NCBI GenBank assembly: GCA_004297725.1
Contig: SCUS01000031.1
Location: 9,550 to 73,549, forward strand
Length of the DNA stretch: 64,000 bases
Direction: 5' to 3'
Source: Myxococcaceae bacterium
GTDB taxonomy: Bacteria; Myxococcota_A; Polyangia; Polyangiales; Ga0077539
The notes under the pieces were generated by a model, which did not search any database, was not told the DNA's origin, and saw nothing but the letters and a program-made list of their open reading frames with translations. The translations under genes were made by a program, and so were the position numbers. Below, piece after piece: positions 9,146 to 17,034 of the stretch; within the stretch, counting starts at the first letter, position 1; the number at the start of each line of letters is the position of its first letter.

Positions 9146-10402
9146 TCACCGCGTCGGCGCGGCCATTCCCTCGGGCGCGATCCAGTAGACTCCGCCTCCC
9201 TGGTCGTCGCTGAAGAAGAGCCGGCCGTCGCTCGCGAAGGTCACGTCGGTGATGCGCCCGACGATGCCCTGGGCGCTGCGCCCCCAGCCGGTGACGAAGT
9301 CGCGCCACTCGCCCGTCGGCCGGCCGCTGGCGTCGAGCGGGCTCCAGATGATCTTGGTGTTCTCCCAGGTCTGGAAGGCGCCGTGCAGCCCGACGAAGAA
9401 GCCGCGGCGCCAGGGATCGGGCCAGCGGCCGCGCTCGAAGTCGATGCCGAAGGGCGTGTCGTGCAGGGGCCACGCGGTGAGCTCCGCCGCCACCGCCGCG
9501 CAGCTCGCGCTGCGGCCGCGACCGGGAGGGGCGAGGTCGTTCTGCCCGGCGCAGCAGGGGTAGCCGTAGTCGCCGCCGGCCCCGAGGCGCACCAGCTTCT
9601 CCCTCCCGCGGGTGCCCGTGGACGGGTCCCACGAGTCGTCGGAGAGCTCGGCGGCGTAGCACTCCGCGCCCGAAGGATCACAGCGGAGGTAGAGCGGGTT
9701 GCGCAGCCCCGAGGCGACCACCACCGGCGCCATGCTCCCGGGCTGCAGCCGGAACACCGCGCCCTCCCGAGGCGTACTCGGGCACGTATAGCTCTGGTAC
9801 TGGCCCTGCGAGACGTAGATGGTCCCGTCGGCAGCGCGGGCGAGGGTGTGCGTCCATCGCGCGGCGGGCGAGAGGCCGGCGAGGGAGGCGACCTGCTCGG
9901 GCGCCGCGGAGCCGATGCGCCGCTGGGCCCTCGCGTAGGGCGTGCGAAACACCCCGTTGGTGCGGGTGAAGTAGAGCCAGCCATCGGCGAAGAGCAGCCC
10001 GTGGACGTCGGGCAGCCCCCCGGCGAACTCGCTGACCTCCGCGACGCCGTCGTGGTCGTCGTCGCTGAGCACCGCGATCTGGCCGGCTCCGGGCGGGGCG
10101 AGGCCCGGGGTGCGGATGCCCGGCGAGGCGACGAAGAGGTCGCCGTTGGGCGCGAAGGCGAGCACCCGAGGCGCGGCGATGCCCGCGAAGCGCCGCACGC
10201 AGAAGCCGAAGGGGAGGCCCGCGCGGGCCACGTCCGGGGCGGGGAGATCGCAGAACCAGGTCTCGCCCGGGACGCGGTCGAGCTGAGGACGCTCGGGGTG
10301 CACCACGCCCGCGTCGTAGCCCGACGGGCCGCTGTCGACGCACGAGGGGAGCCCGACGAGGAGGGCGACGAGGCTCAGGCTACGGACGTACTGCGCGCGC
10401 AT
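9146..10402 (-). CDS. PQQ-dependent sugar (glucose/sorbosone) dehydrogenase-like beta-propeller lipoprotein
   Basis: Lipobox LLVGLPSC. Repeated blade motifs NGDLFVASPG, DGTIYVSQG, GYPCC and DGRLFFSDDQGGGVYWI are typical of the SGDH family. Confidence 0.7.
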   Translation of the reverse strand: MRAQYVRSLSLVALLVGLPSCVDSGPSGYDAGVVHPERPQLDRVPGETWFCDLPAPDVARAGLPFGFCVRRFAGIAAPRVLAFAPNGDLFVASPGIRTPGLAPPGAGQIAVLSDDDHDGVAEVSEFAGGLPDVHGLLFADGWLYFTRTNGVFRTPYARAQRRIGSAAPEQVASLAGLSPAARWTHTLARAADGTIYVSQGQYQSYTCPSTPREGAVFRLQPGSMAPVVVASGLRNPLYLRCDPSGAECYAAELSDDSWDPSTGTRGREKLVRLGAGGDYGYPCCAGQNDLAPPGRGRSASCAAVAAELTAWPLHDTPFGIDFERGRWPDPWRRGFFVGLHGAFQTWENTKIIWSPLDASGRPTGEWRDFVTGWGRSAQGIVGRITDVTFASDGRLFFSDDQGGGVYWIAPEGMAAPTR

Positions 10403-10425
10403 GGGGAGGGGGAGGGAGAGGTCTA

Positions 10426-11943
10426 TCAACGGCGCGGCGGCGGCGGCAACCGGCGACGCCTCCGAGGGGACGCGACGATCAGGCCCAGCGCCGTCAGCAG
10501 GGCCCCGGCGCCCGCACCGGGCGTCGCGCCCGTCGCGACGCGGCAGTCGCAGCCGTCGCGCGGAGCGGCGGGAGCCGGACCGGCGTCGACGACGGAAGCG
10601 TCGCGCCCGGCGTCCAGCGAGGGGGCGTCGATCGAGGGCGCATCGAGGCCTCGAAGCACGTCGGGGGCGTCGGCCTGGCCGAGGTCGCCCGGCGTCGCGG
10701 GGACATCGACCCGGCCGCCCGCGTCGAGGGACACCTCCGCCGCGTCCTCGACCGCGTCGACGGCGCCCGCGTCATGGAACACCGGGTCGCGCGGAGCGCT
10801 CGCGTCGATGCTCCGGAGCGGCGCGGACACCGTCGGCCAGATGGAACCGCAGGTCGACCCCACGGGGGTGTCGCCGCCGCACGCTGCGGAGGGGCCGGCG
10901 AGCCGCCGGAGCGAGAGCAGCGGGTCGATGTGGTCGCCGCCGTCGCGCGAGCAGCCGAGCGCATAGCCGTCGGTCACCTCGTCGGCGCACACGAAGAGCA
11001 GCCCGGCGTGATAGCGGAGGCACTGCACCCCGACGTCGCCGCCGACGCGGGTCCAGGGGCCGCCGCGCACCGAGCGCAGGATGCCCTCCGCGCGGCTGGT
11101 GCTCGCGATCCACACGGTGTCGCCGTCGTCGGAGAGCGCGAAGCCCACCATCTCCGCGCGGGTCTCCCCGATGCGGCGGAGGGTCATCCCGCCGTCCTCG
11201 CTCTTGAGGAGCATCGTCCCGAGGCCCCGGGAGGCGCGCACGTACAGCACATCCGGCCGCCTCGCATCGACCCCCGCGAGGTAGATCCCCTGCGCGTCGA
11301 AGAAGTCGCGCGTGGTCTCGCGCACCGTGCGCCCGCCGTCGTCGCTGCGCAGCAGCACCGGGAGCCCGCCTCGCGCGTAGGCCGTCACGTAGACCCGCAT
11401 CGGATCGTTGGGCGCCACGTCCGCGGTCTCGGAGAAGTACCCCATGAGCCTCGCGCCGGTGGTCCAGCTCCTGCCGCCGTCGGAGGACAGCACCAGCGCG
11501 TCGTCGCCGGTGGGCCCGCCCAGCGCGACCATCGTGCGCCCGTCGAAGGTGTTGGTGACGTCGGCGTATCCCCTCATGGGAGCGCCCGCCGGCCGGGACC
11601 ATCGACAGTACGCCCCGTCGCTCACCGAGAGGCCGGCGAAGGTCGCGATCACCAGCGCGCCGTCCTGGCCGATGGAGAGCGACGGGTCGTTGGCGCCGAC
11701 GGCCTCGTAGGACTCCTCGCAGACCCACCCCCACTGGCGGCCGCCGTCGCGAGACAGCACCAGCCCGAAGGTGGTGCGCAGCGCCAGCACGTCGTTGCGC
11801 GCGCCCGGCCCTGCCACGAAGTAGTTCGCCGCGGGAAAGCGCCCGTTGGCCTGCGCCTCGCCCGCGACCGCCAGCCCGATCGCCAGCGCGCCGCCCCACA
11901 TCGCCGCCCGCGCTCCGCGCCGGGCCATCGCTCGTCTTGCCAT
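10426..11943 (-). CDS. BNR/Asp-box repeat protein with a MYXO-CTERM-type C-terminal sorting tail
   Basis: Asp-boxes SRDGGRQW, SSDGGRSW, RSDDGGRT, KSEDGGMT. The C-terminus DGCDCRVATG...ALLTALGLIVASPRRRRR has a Cys motif, a TM segment and an Arg cluster. The start is uncertain (Met20 or Met25 of the track ORF). Confidence 0.8.
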   Translation of the reverse strand: MARRAMARRGARAAMWGGALAIGLAVAGEAQANGRFPAANYFVAGPGARNDVLALRTTFGLVLSRDGGRQWGWVCEESYEAVGANDPSLSIGQDGALVIATFAGLSVSDGAYCRWSRPAGAPMRGYADVTNTFDGRTMVALGGPTGDDALVLSSDGGRSWTTGARLMGYFSETADVAPNDPMRVYVTAYARGGLPVLLRSDDGGRTVRETTRDFFDAQGIYLAGVDARRPDVLYVRASRGLGTMLLKSEDGGMTLRRIGETRAEMVGFALSDDGDTVWIASTSRAEGILRSVRGGPWTRVGGDVGVQCLRYHAGLLFVCADEVTDGYALGCSRDGGDHIDPLLSLRRLAGPSAACGGDTPVGSTCGSIWPTVSAPLRSIDASAPRDPVFHDAGAVDAVEDAAEVSLDAGGRVDVPATPGDLGQADAPDVLRGLDAPSIDAPSLDAGRDASVVDAGPAPAAPRDGCDCRVATGATPGAGAGALLTALGLIVASPRRRRRLPPPPRR

Positions 11944-12071
11944 TAGGTCTCTCGCGCCGATCCTGCCACGATTCGCCCCCGCGACGGCGTCGCGCGTCAC
12001 TGCGCTGCCCGCGTCGCACTGGACCTTCCCGGCACGACTGAGGCAACCTCCCGCTCGGAGAGCCCCTCGCC

Positions 12072-15000
12072 ATGCGTACCCTTCTGCTTCGTTCCGCTGC
12101 GCTCATGGCGCTGGCGATGAGTGTGTCCGCCTGTGCAGGCGGCCAGGTCGCCGAGATGGACGCGATGACCCCGGACGACTCGACCTTCGTCGACGACTTC
12201 GTCAAGGACCTCGACGGCCCGAACCCCGACTCGCCCCCGGAGCCGGGGCGCTGCGGCCAGGCCAGCCAGCGCTGCTGCGGCGGCACCGCGTGCGAGCGAG
12301 GGCTCGACTGCCGCGAGGGCGCGTGCTGTTCGCTGCCCGCCGCGACGTGCACCGGGGCGGGCGAGTGCTGCGACGGGATGCAGTGCGCGATGGGCCGCTG
12401 CTGTCACGCCATGGGCGACCGCTGCGACAGCAGCGCCGACTGCTGCGAGGGCACCACCTGCAGCGGCGGCACGTGCATGCCCACGGCCGCGTCGTGCGGC
12501 GCGATGGCCCAGCCCTGCTGCGCCAGCGACGTCTGCCAGGCGGGCTTCGCCTGCAACGCCGGGACGTGCGCGGCCTGCGGCGGCGCCGGTCAGGCGTGCT
12601 GCTCGGGCGCGACCTGCACGGGGACGCTGGCGTGCGTGGCGGACACCTGCCAGATGCCCGCGGCGTGCGGCGATCGGCTACAGCCGTGCTGCAGCGGCAG
12701 CTCGTGCAACGCCGGGCTCACCTGCGACGGCGGCGGGGTCTGCAACCCGGCCCCCGCGGCGTGCGGTGGCGACGGCCAGATGTGCTGCGGAACGGCCTGC
12801 AACCCGGGCCTGGCGTGCAACGCCGGCACCTGCGGCGCCGCGTCGGGGATGACCCCGTGCGGCAACAACGGCGAGGCGTGCTGCGGCGGTACGGCCTGCA
12901 ACAGCGGGCTCATCTGCACCAGCGCGCGCTGCGCGATGCCGACCGGCGGGGGCGGCGGGGCGTGCGGCGCCAGCGGCGAGACGTGCTGCGGCGGTACGGC
13001 ATGCAACAGCGGGCTCTCGTGCATCGGCGGGAGCTGCTCGGCCTCGATGCCCGGCGGCGGCGGCGGCATGACGCCCGGCGGCGGCGGCACCCCGGGGGCC
13101 TGCGGCGCCATCGGTCAGGCGTGCTGCGGCTCGGCGGCCTGCAACCTCGGCGCGGTCTGCTCGGGCGGAACCTGCGAGGCGGCCCCCACCCCGGGCAGCG
13201 ACGCCGGGGTCGGTCCTGGCGTCGACGGCGGCGGCGCGCCGGGGGCGTGCGGCGGTGACAGCGAGACGTGCTGCGGCGGGACGGCCTGCAACAGCGGCCT
13301 CACCTGCACCTCGGGCACCTGCCAGCCCGGCATGGGGATGATGGCCTGCGGCGGCGACGGCCAGGCGTGCTGCGGCACCGCGGCGTGCGACCCGGGCTTC
13401 ACCTGCAACACCATGACGCGGCGCTGCGCGGCGAGCACCACGCCGGTCTGCGGCGGCGACGGCCAGCGCTGCTGCGCCATGGACCGCTGCACCAACCCGT
13501 CGCTCTCCTGCGTCGGCGGCACCTGCCGCAGCTGCGGCTCGGCGGGCTCGGCCTGCTCGTCCGCCGGCGACTGCTGCTCCGGCCTGGCCTGCTCGGGCTC
13601 GGCCTGCACCGACGGGACGATGCCGCTGCCTCCGGGCTCGGCCTGCACCCCGGGCTCGATGCCCGCGTGCGCGACCGGCACCACCTGCTCCGACTCTCAC
13701 GGCTCCGACCGCTGCTGCCGCGCCGAGTCGGGCCGGTGCAGCGTCGACACCGACTGCTGCGGCGAGCTCTCGTGCCGCTCGGGCACCTGCCAGCGCAACG
13801 CCGCGGGCGGCGGCTGCAGCCGCGACTCGGACTGCACCTCGGGCAACACCTGCCAGAGCGGCCAGTGCCGCCCGATGGCCGAGGCGTGCCGGATGGCGGG
13901 CGCGTCGTGCATGACCGGCGGGCCGCGCTGCTGCGGGGCCCTGAGCTGCAACGGCACCGGCACCTCGGGCCGTTGCTGCAGCGCCGCGGGCTCGGCGTGC
14001 ACGGGCTCGGGCGACTGCTGCAACGGCCTCTCGTGCACCGGCGGCACCTGCGCCTGCTCGCCCGCGGGCCAGCGCTGCACCGCGAGCGCGGACTGCTGCG
14101 GCAGCGCGACCTGCGTGGGCGGCATGTGCCAGTGCCGCGCCCGGGGCCAGAGCTGCGCGGCCGACGGCGACTGCTGCACCGGGATGACCTGCAACAGCGG
14201 GGTGTGCTCGATGTGCGCCACGCCGGGCTCGACCTGCACCCCCGGCAGCGGGGCGGCGTGCTGCTCGCCCTCGCAGTGCCGCTCGGAGATCACCTCGACC
14301 TTCTGCTGCGTGCAGCAGAACGAGGGGTGCACCCGGGACATCGACTGCTGCGGTCACATGCTCTGCGAGAGCGGCCGCTGCGCCTGCCGCGTGGAGGGCC
14401 GCGGCTGCCGGGAGAACAACGAGTGCTGCTCGGGCCTGAGCTGCCAGAGCAACGTCTGCCGCCGCGCGCCCATGGACGGCGGCACCGGCTCGGACGGCGG
14501 CGGCACCGGCTTCGACATCCCGCGCATCGACGGCGCGGCGGGCGACGCCCGGGTCGACGGCGCCACCGGCGACGGCGGGATGTGCATCGCCGCGGGGCGC
14601 GTCTGCGTCCAGGGTTCGACGGCCTGCTGCGGCGACTACTCTTGCGGCGCGCAGCCGGGCGGAACCTTCTGCTGCCGCCCGGCGATGGGCGCCTGCACCA
14701 CCTCGCGCGAGTGCTGCGGCTCGATGCTCTGCACCAACGGCGCGTGCGTGTGCCGTCGCCGGGAGGAGTCCTGCTCGGCGAACCTCGACTGCTGCGGCGG
14801 GGCCCGCTGCAACCTGCCCGACGGAGGCACCGTCGGCACCTGCGCGTGCAGCCAGGCCTCGGAGAGCTGCACCTCCAACGAGGGCTGCTGCTCAGGCCTC
14901 ACCTGCCGCAACGGGCGGTGCCTCGCGATGGGCTGCCTCGCCCCGGGCGAGCGCTGCGACAACACCGACGCCGGATCCTGCTGCGGCGGCTACGCGTGCA

Positions 15001-15323
15001 ACGTGCAACCGAGCGGGCAGAGCACCTGCTCGCGCGGCCCCGCGCTGGTGACGACCGACCCGCCGACGACCTGCATGACCGGCGCGGAGTGCGCTGGTAG
15101 CGTGCTGTGCACGGGCGGTGTCTGCGTCTGCCGCCGCGGCGGCGAGTCGTGCTTCTACTCCAACGACTGCTGCGGAGCGATGCTCTGCATCCGCCCGGGC
15201 GGCGGGTCGACGGGCATGGGCACCTGCCAGTGCCAGGCCAGCGGCAACGGCTGCCGCATCAACGGCAACGACTGCTGCTCGGGGGCGTGCCGCTCGACCC
15301 CGACCGGCGATCGCTGCCCCTGA
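12072..15323 (+). CDS. giant cysteine-rich repeat lipoprotein (about 27 six-Cys modules)
   Basis: Signal peptide with lipobox AMSVSAC|AGG. Tandem modules of the form CG..G..CC....C..G..C....C and C......C.....CC....C....C run the full length. All antisense ORFs are Ala/Arg/Gly junk. Confidence 0.85.
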   Translation: MRTLLLRSAALMALAMSVSACAGGQVAEMDAMTPDDSTFVDDFVKDLDGPNPDSPPEPGRCGQASQRCCGGTACERGLDCREGACCSLPAATCTGAGECCDGMQCAMGRCCHAMGDRCDSSADCCEGTTCSGGTCMPTAASCGAMAQPCCASDVCQAGFACNAGTCAACGGAGQACCSGATCTGTLACVADTCQMPAACGDRLQPCCSGSSCNAGLTCDGGGVCNPAPAACGGDGQMCCGTACNPGLACNAGTCGAASGMTPCGNNGEACCGGTACNSGLICTSARCAMPTGGGGGACGASGETCCGGTACNSGLSCIGGSCSASMPGGGGGMTPGGGGTPGACGAIGQACCGSAACNLGAVCSGGTCEAAPTPGSDAGVGPGVDGGGAPGACGGDSETCCGGTACNSGLTCTSGTCQPGMGMMACGGDGQACCGTAACDPGFTCNTMTRRCAASTTPVCGGDGQRCCAMDRCTNPSLSCVGGTCRSCGSAGSACSSAGDCCSGLACSGSACTDGTMPLPPGSACTPGSMPACATGTTCSDSHGSDRCCRAESGRCSVDTDCCGELSCRSGTCQRNAAGGGCSRDSDCTSGNTCQSGQCRPMAEACRMAGASCMTGGPRCCGALSCNGTGTSGRCCSAAGSACTGSGDCCNGLSCTGGTCACSPAGQRCTASADCCGSATCVGGMCQCRARGQSCAADGDCCTGMTCNSGVCSMCATPGSTCTPGSGAACCSPSQCRSEITSTFCCVQQNEGCTRDIDCCGHMLCESGRCACRVEGRGCRENNECCSGLSCQSNVCRRAPMDGGTGSDGGGTGFDIPRIDGAAGDARVDGATGDGGMCIAAGRVCVQGSTACCGDYSCGAQPGGTFCCRPAMGACTTSRECCGSMLCTNGACVCRRREESCSANLDCCGGARCNLPDGGTVGTCACSQASESCTSNEGCCSGLTCRNGRCLAMGCLAPGERCDNTDAGSCCGGYACNVQPSGQSTCSRGPALVTTDPPTTCMTGAECAGSVLCTGGVCVCRRGGESCFYSNDCCGAMLCIRPGGGSTGMGTCQCQASGNGCRINGNDCCSGACRSTPTGDRCP

Positions 15324-15364
15324 CCGGCGTCCGGGTAGACCGCCCGCCGGTCCCTTGATGCGCT

Positions 15365-15391
15365 CGCGCGGACGCTGGTAGCGTTCGCGCG
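15365..15391 (+). promoter_or_regulatory. GC-rich stem-loop abutting the next start codon (terminator of the upstream gene or a 5'-UTR structure)
   Basis: CGCGCGGACGCT-GGT-AGCGTTCGCGCG forms a 12-bp stem with one G.U pair and a 3-nt loop. It lies 42 nt after the stop at 15323 and ends 1 nt before the ATG at 15392. There is no U-tract. Confidence 0.3.
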
Positions 15392-15982
15392 ATGAACGCC
15401 CCCAGCCGCTATCTCGTCGCCATCGTCATCGCCAGCAACCTGATGGGCTGTCAGCTCATCAAGAAGTTCACCGATCGCAACAACGACTCGGGCGCTGCGC
15501 CGACGGGCACCACCGTGGTGACGCTCGACGGCGGCGGCATCGCGCTGCCCAACCCCAACGTCGTCGCGTACGACGCCGCGGCCTGGGCCGACGCGGGCGC
15601 CGCAGCCAACGCGGCGATGGCGGCGGCCAACGCGGCGATGGCGGCCGCGGCCGACGCCTCGGCGCAGGCCGGCCAGGCGCTGCAGAACGCGCAGAACACC
15701 CTGGGCGACGCCGGGGTCAACACGGCCGCGGCCGCTCCCGGCGCGGCGGAGGCCGACGCGGGCGCGGCGATGGCGGCCCCCCCGGGTGTGGCCCCGACGG
15801 CCCCGGTGGTCGCCGCTCCGTCGTCGCCCGCCGCTGCCGAGCCCGCCGAGGAGCCCGAGCAGGCCGGGCGCCGCCCGTCGCGTCGGCACGACGACTACTG
15901 CCGCCGGCACCCCGGGCAGCTGCACCCGCGAACGGGCCAGATCTGCCCGAACATCCTCGGGTCGCAGAACCTCCAGCGCTGA
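15392..15982 (+). CDS. Ala-rich lipoprotein
   Basis: MNAPSRYLVAIVIASNLMGC|Q lipobox. Low-complexity Ala-rich middle with an AANAAMAAANAAMAAA repeat and a Cys-containing C-terminus. Confidence 0.6.
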   Translation: MNAPSRYLVAIVIASNLMGCQLIKKFTDRNNDSGAAPTGTTVVTLDGGGIALPNPNVVAYDAAAWADAGAAANAAMAAANAAMAAAADASAQAGQALQNAQNTLGDAGVNTAAAAPGAAEADAGAAMAAPPGVAPTAPVVAAPSSPAAAEPAEEPEQAGRRPSRRHDDYCRRHPGQLHPRTGQICPNILGSQNLQR

Positions 15983-16043
15983 CCGTCCCTTCGCCCTCCG
16001 CGTGACCCTCGTACGCCTCGAGAGGCTGCGCTCCCCGGGTTCG

Positions 16044-16445
16044 ATGACCCACAGGGAGTGCGGCGACTGCACCGTGTGCTGCTCCGTGATGGCGGTGACG
16101 GAGCTGCGCAAGGCGTCGCGGCGCTCCTGCGAGCACGTCGGCCCCGAGGGCTGCCGCATCCACCCCGAGCGCCCGGCGAGCTGCCGGGAGTTCCACTGCC
16201 TGTGGCTGCGGGGCGCGGTGGCGGGCGACGAGGCGCTGCGGCCTGACGCGCTCGGGGTGATGTTCGACTACTTCGTCACCCGCGGCACCGGCGAGGAGCA
16301 CCTGATCGCGTTCGAGCTCTGGCCCGGGGCGCTCGACGAGCCCGCGGCGCGGTCGCTGCTGGAGGAGCTCGCTCGCACCCACGAGCTGCGCCTCTCCTAC
16401 CGCGACGGCCGCTGGAGCTCGCTCGCCTCGGAGCCCGCTCCCTGA
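16044..16445 (+). CDS. YkgJ/UPF0153 family zinc/iron-chelating Cys-cluster protein
   Basis: The internal ATG gives MTHRECGDCTVCC...CEHVGPEGCRIHPERPASCREFHCLW, the CxxCxxCC...C pattern of the YkgJ family. The upstream part of the track ORF is Pro/Arg junk overlapping the previous gene. Confidence 0.7.
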   Translation: MTHRECGDCTVCCSVMAVTELRKASRRSCEHVGPEGCRIHPERPASCREFHCLWLRGAVAGDEALRPDALGVMFDYFVTRGTGEEHLIAFELWPGALDEPAARSLLEELARTHELRLSYRDGRWSSLASEPAP

Positions 16446-16453
16446 CGAGGGCC

Positions 16454-17005
16454 TCAGTCGGGCGTCGCGAGGTCGGCCCGGATCGCCTCGACCAGCGCCG
16501 ACAGCCGCTCGAAGCCGAGGCCCGCGTGGCGAGCGAGGGTGTCCAGGGTCTTCAGCTCGACCTGGCTCAGCCCGTCGGACGCGCACGCGATGCCCGCGGC
16601 CAGGTACACGCCCGCCTCGCCGACGTCGTGCGCCCGCAGCAGCCGGCCGACGGCCTCGCAGCGCGCGGCGGCGCCGTCCCTCGACAGCGACGCGGTGAAC
16701 CCGCTCAGCATGGCGTCGACGTCGTCGGCGAGGATGCCCTCGTCGGAGAGGGCGAGCAGCGCCTGGCGCATGTGCGAGCGCTCGGCGCGGTCGAAGCGGC
16801 CGTCCGCCTGGGCGATGAGGAAGCCTGCCTCGAACACCGCGCAGAAGAGCTGCGCGGAGGCCGGGTCGAGCCGGGAGAGCCACGGGCGCGCGTCGAAGCC
16901 GGCGGAGAACCCGCTCACCCCCTCGGCCGCGTCACCGGTCGGGGCGCGCGCCTTCAGCCGCTGCGCCAGCGGTCGGAGCCGGTCGAGCAGTCGTCGGAAG
17001 CCCAT
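16454..17005 (-). CDS. TerB-like (tellurite-resistance TerB family) protein
   Basis: Only the last 183 aa of the 1202-aa track ORF look real. FLIAQADGRFDRAERSHMRQAL and GIACASDGLSQVELKTLDTL resemble the paired TerB helices. Confidence 0.6.
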   Translation of the reverse strand: MGFRRLLDRLRPLAQRLKARAPTGDAAEGVSGFSAGFDARPWLSRLDPASAQLFCAVFEAGFLIAQADGRFDRAERSHMRQALLALSDEGILADDVDAMLSGFTASLSRDGAAARCEAVGRLLRAHDVGEAGVYLAAGIACASDGLSQVELKTLDTLARHAGLGFERLSALVEAIRADLATPD

Positions 17006-17034
17006 GAGATCCCCTCCAGCGTTGCGACGGAGCC

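Noticed and set aside
12590-15100. Multiple 170-610-aa ORFs overlapping the Cys-rich gene on both strands
   Set aside because: They are shadow frames of a GC-rich repetitive gene (poly-Ala/Arg/Gly or Pro/Gln-rich). Only the + frame starting at 12072 has a signal peptide and a regular Cys framework.
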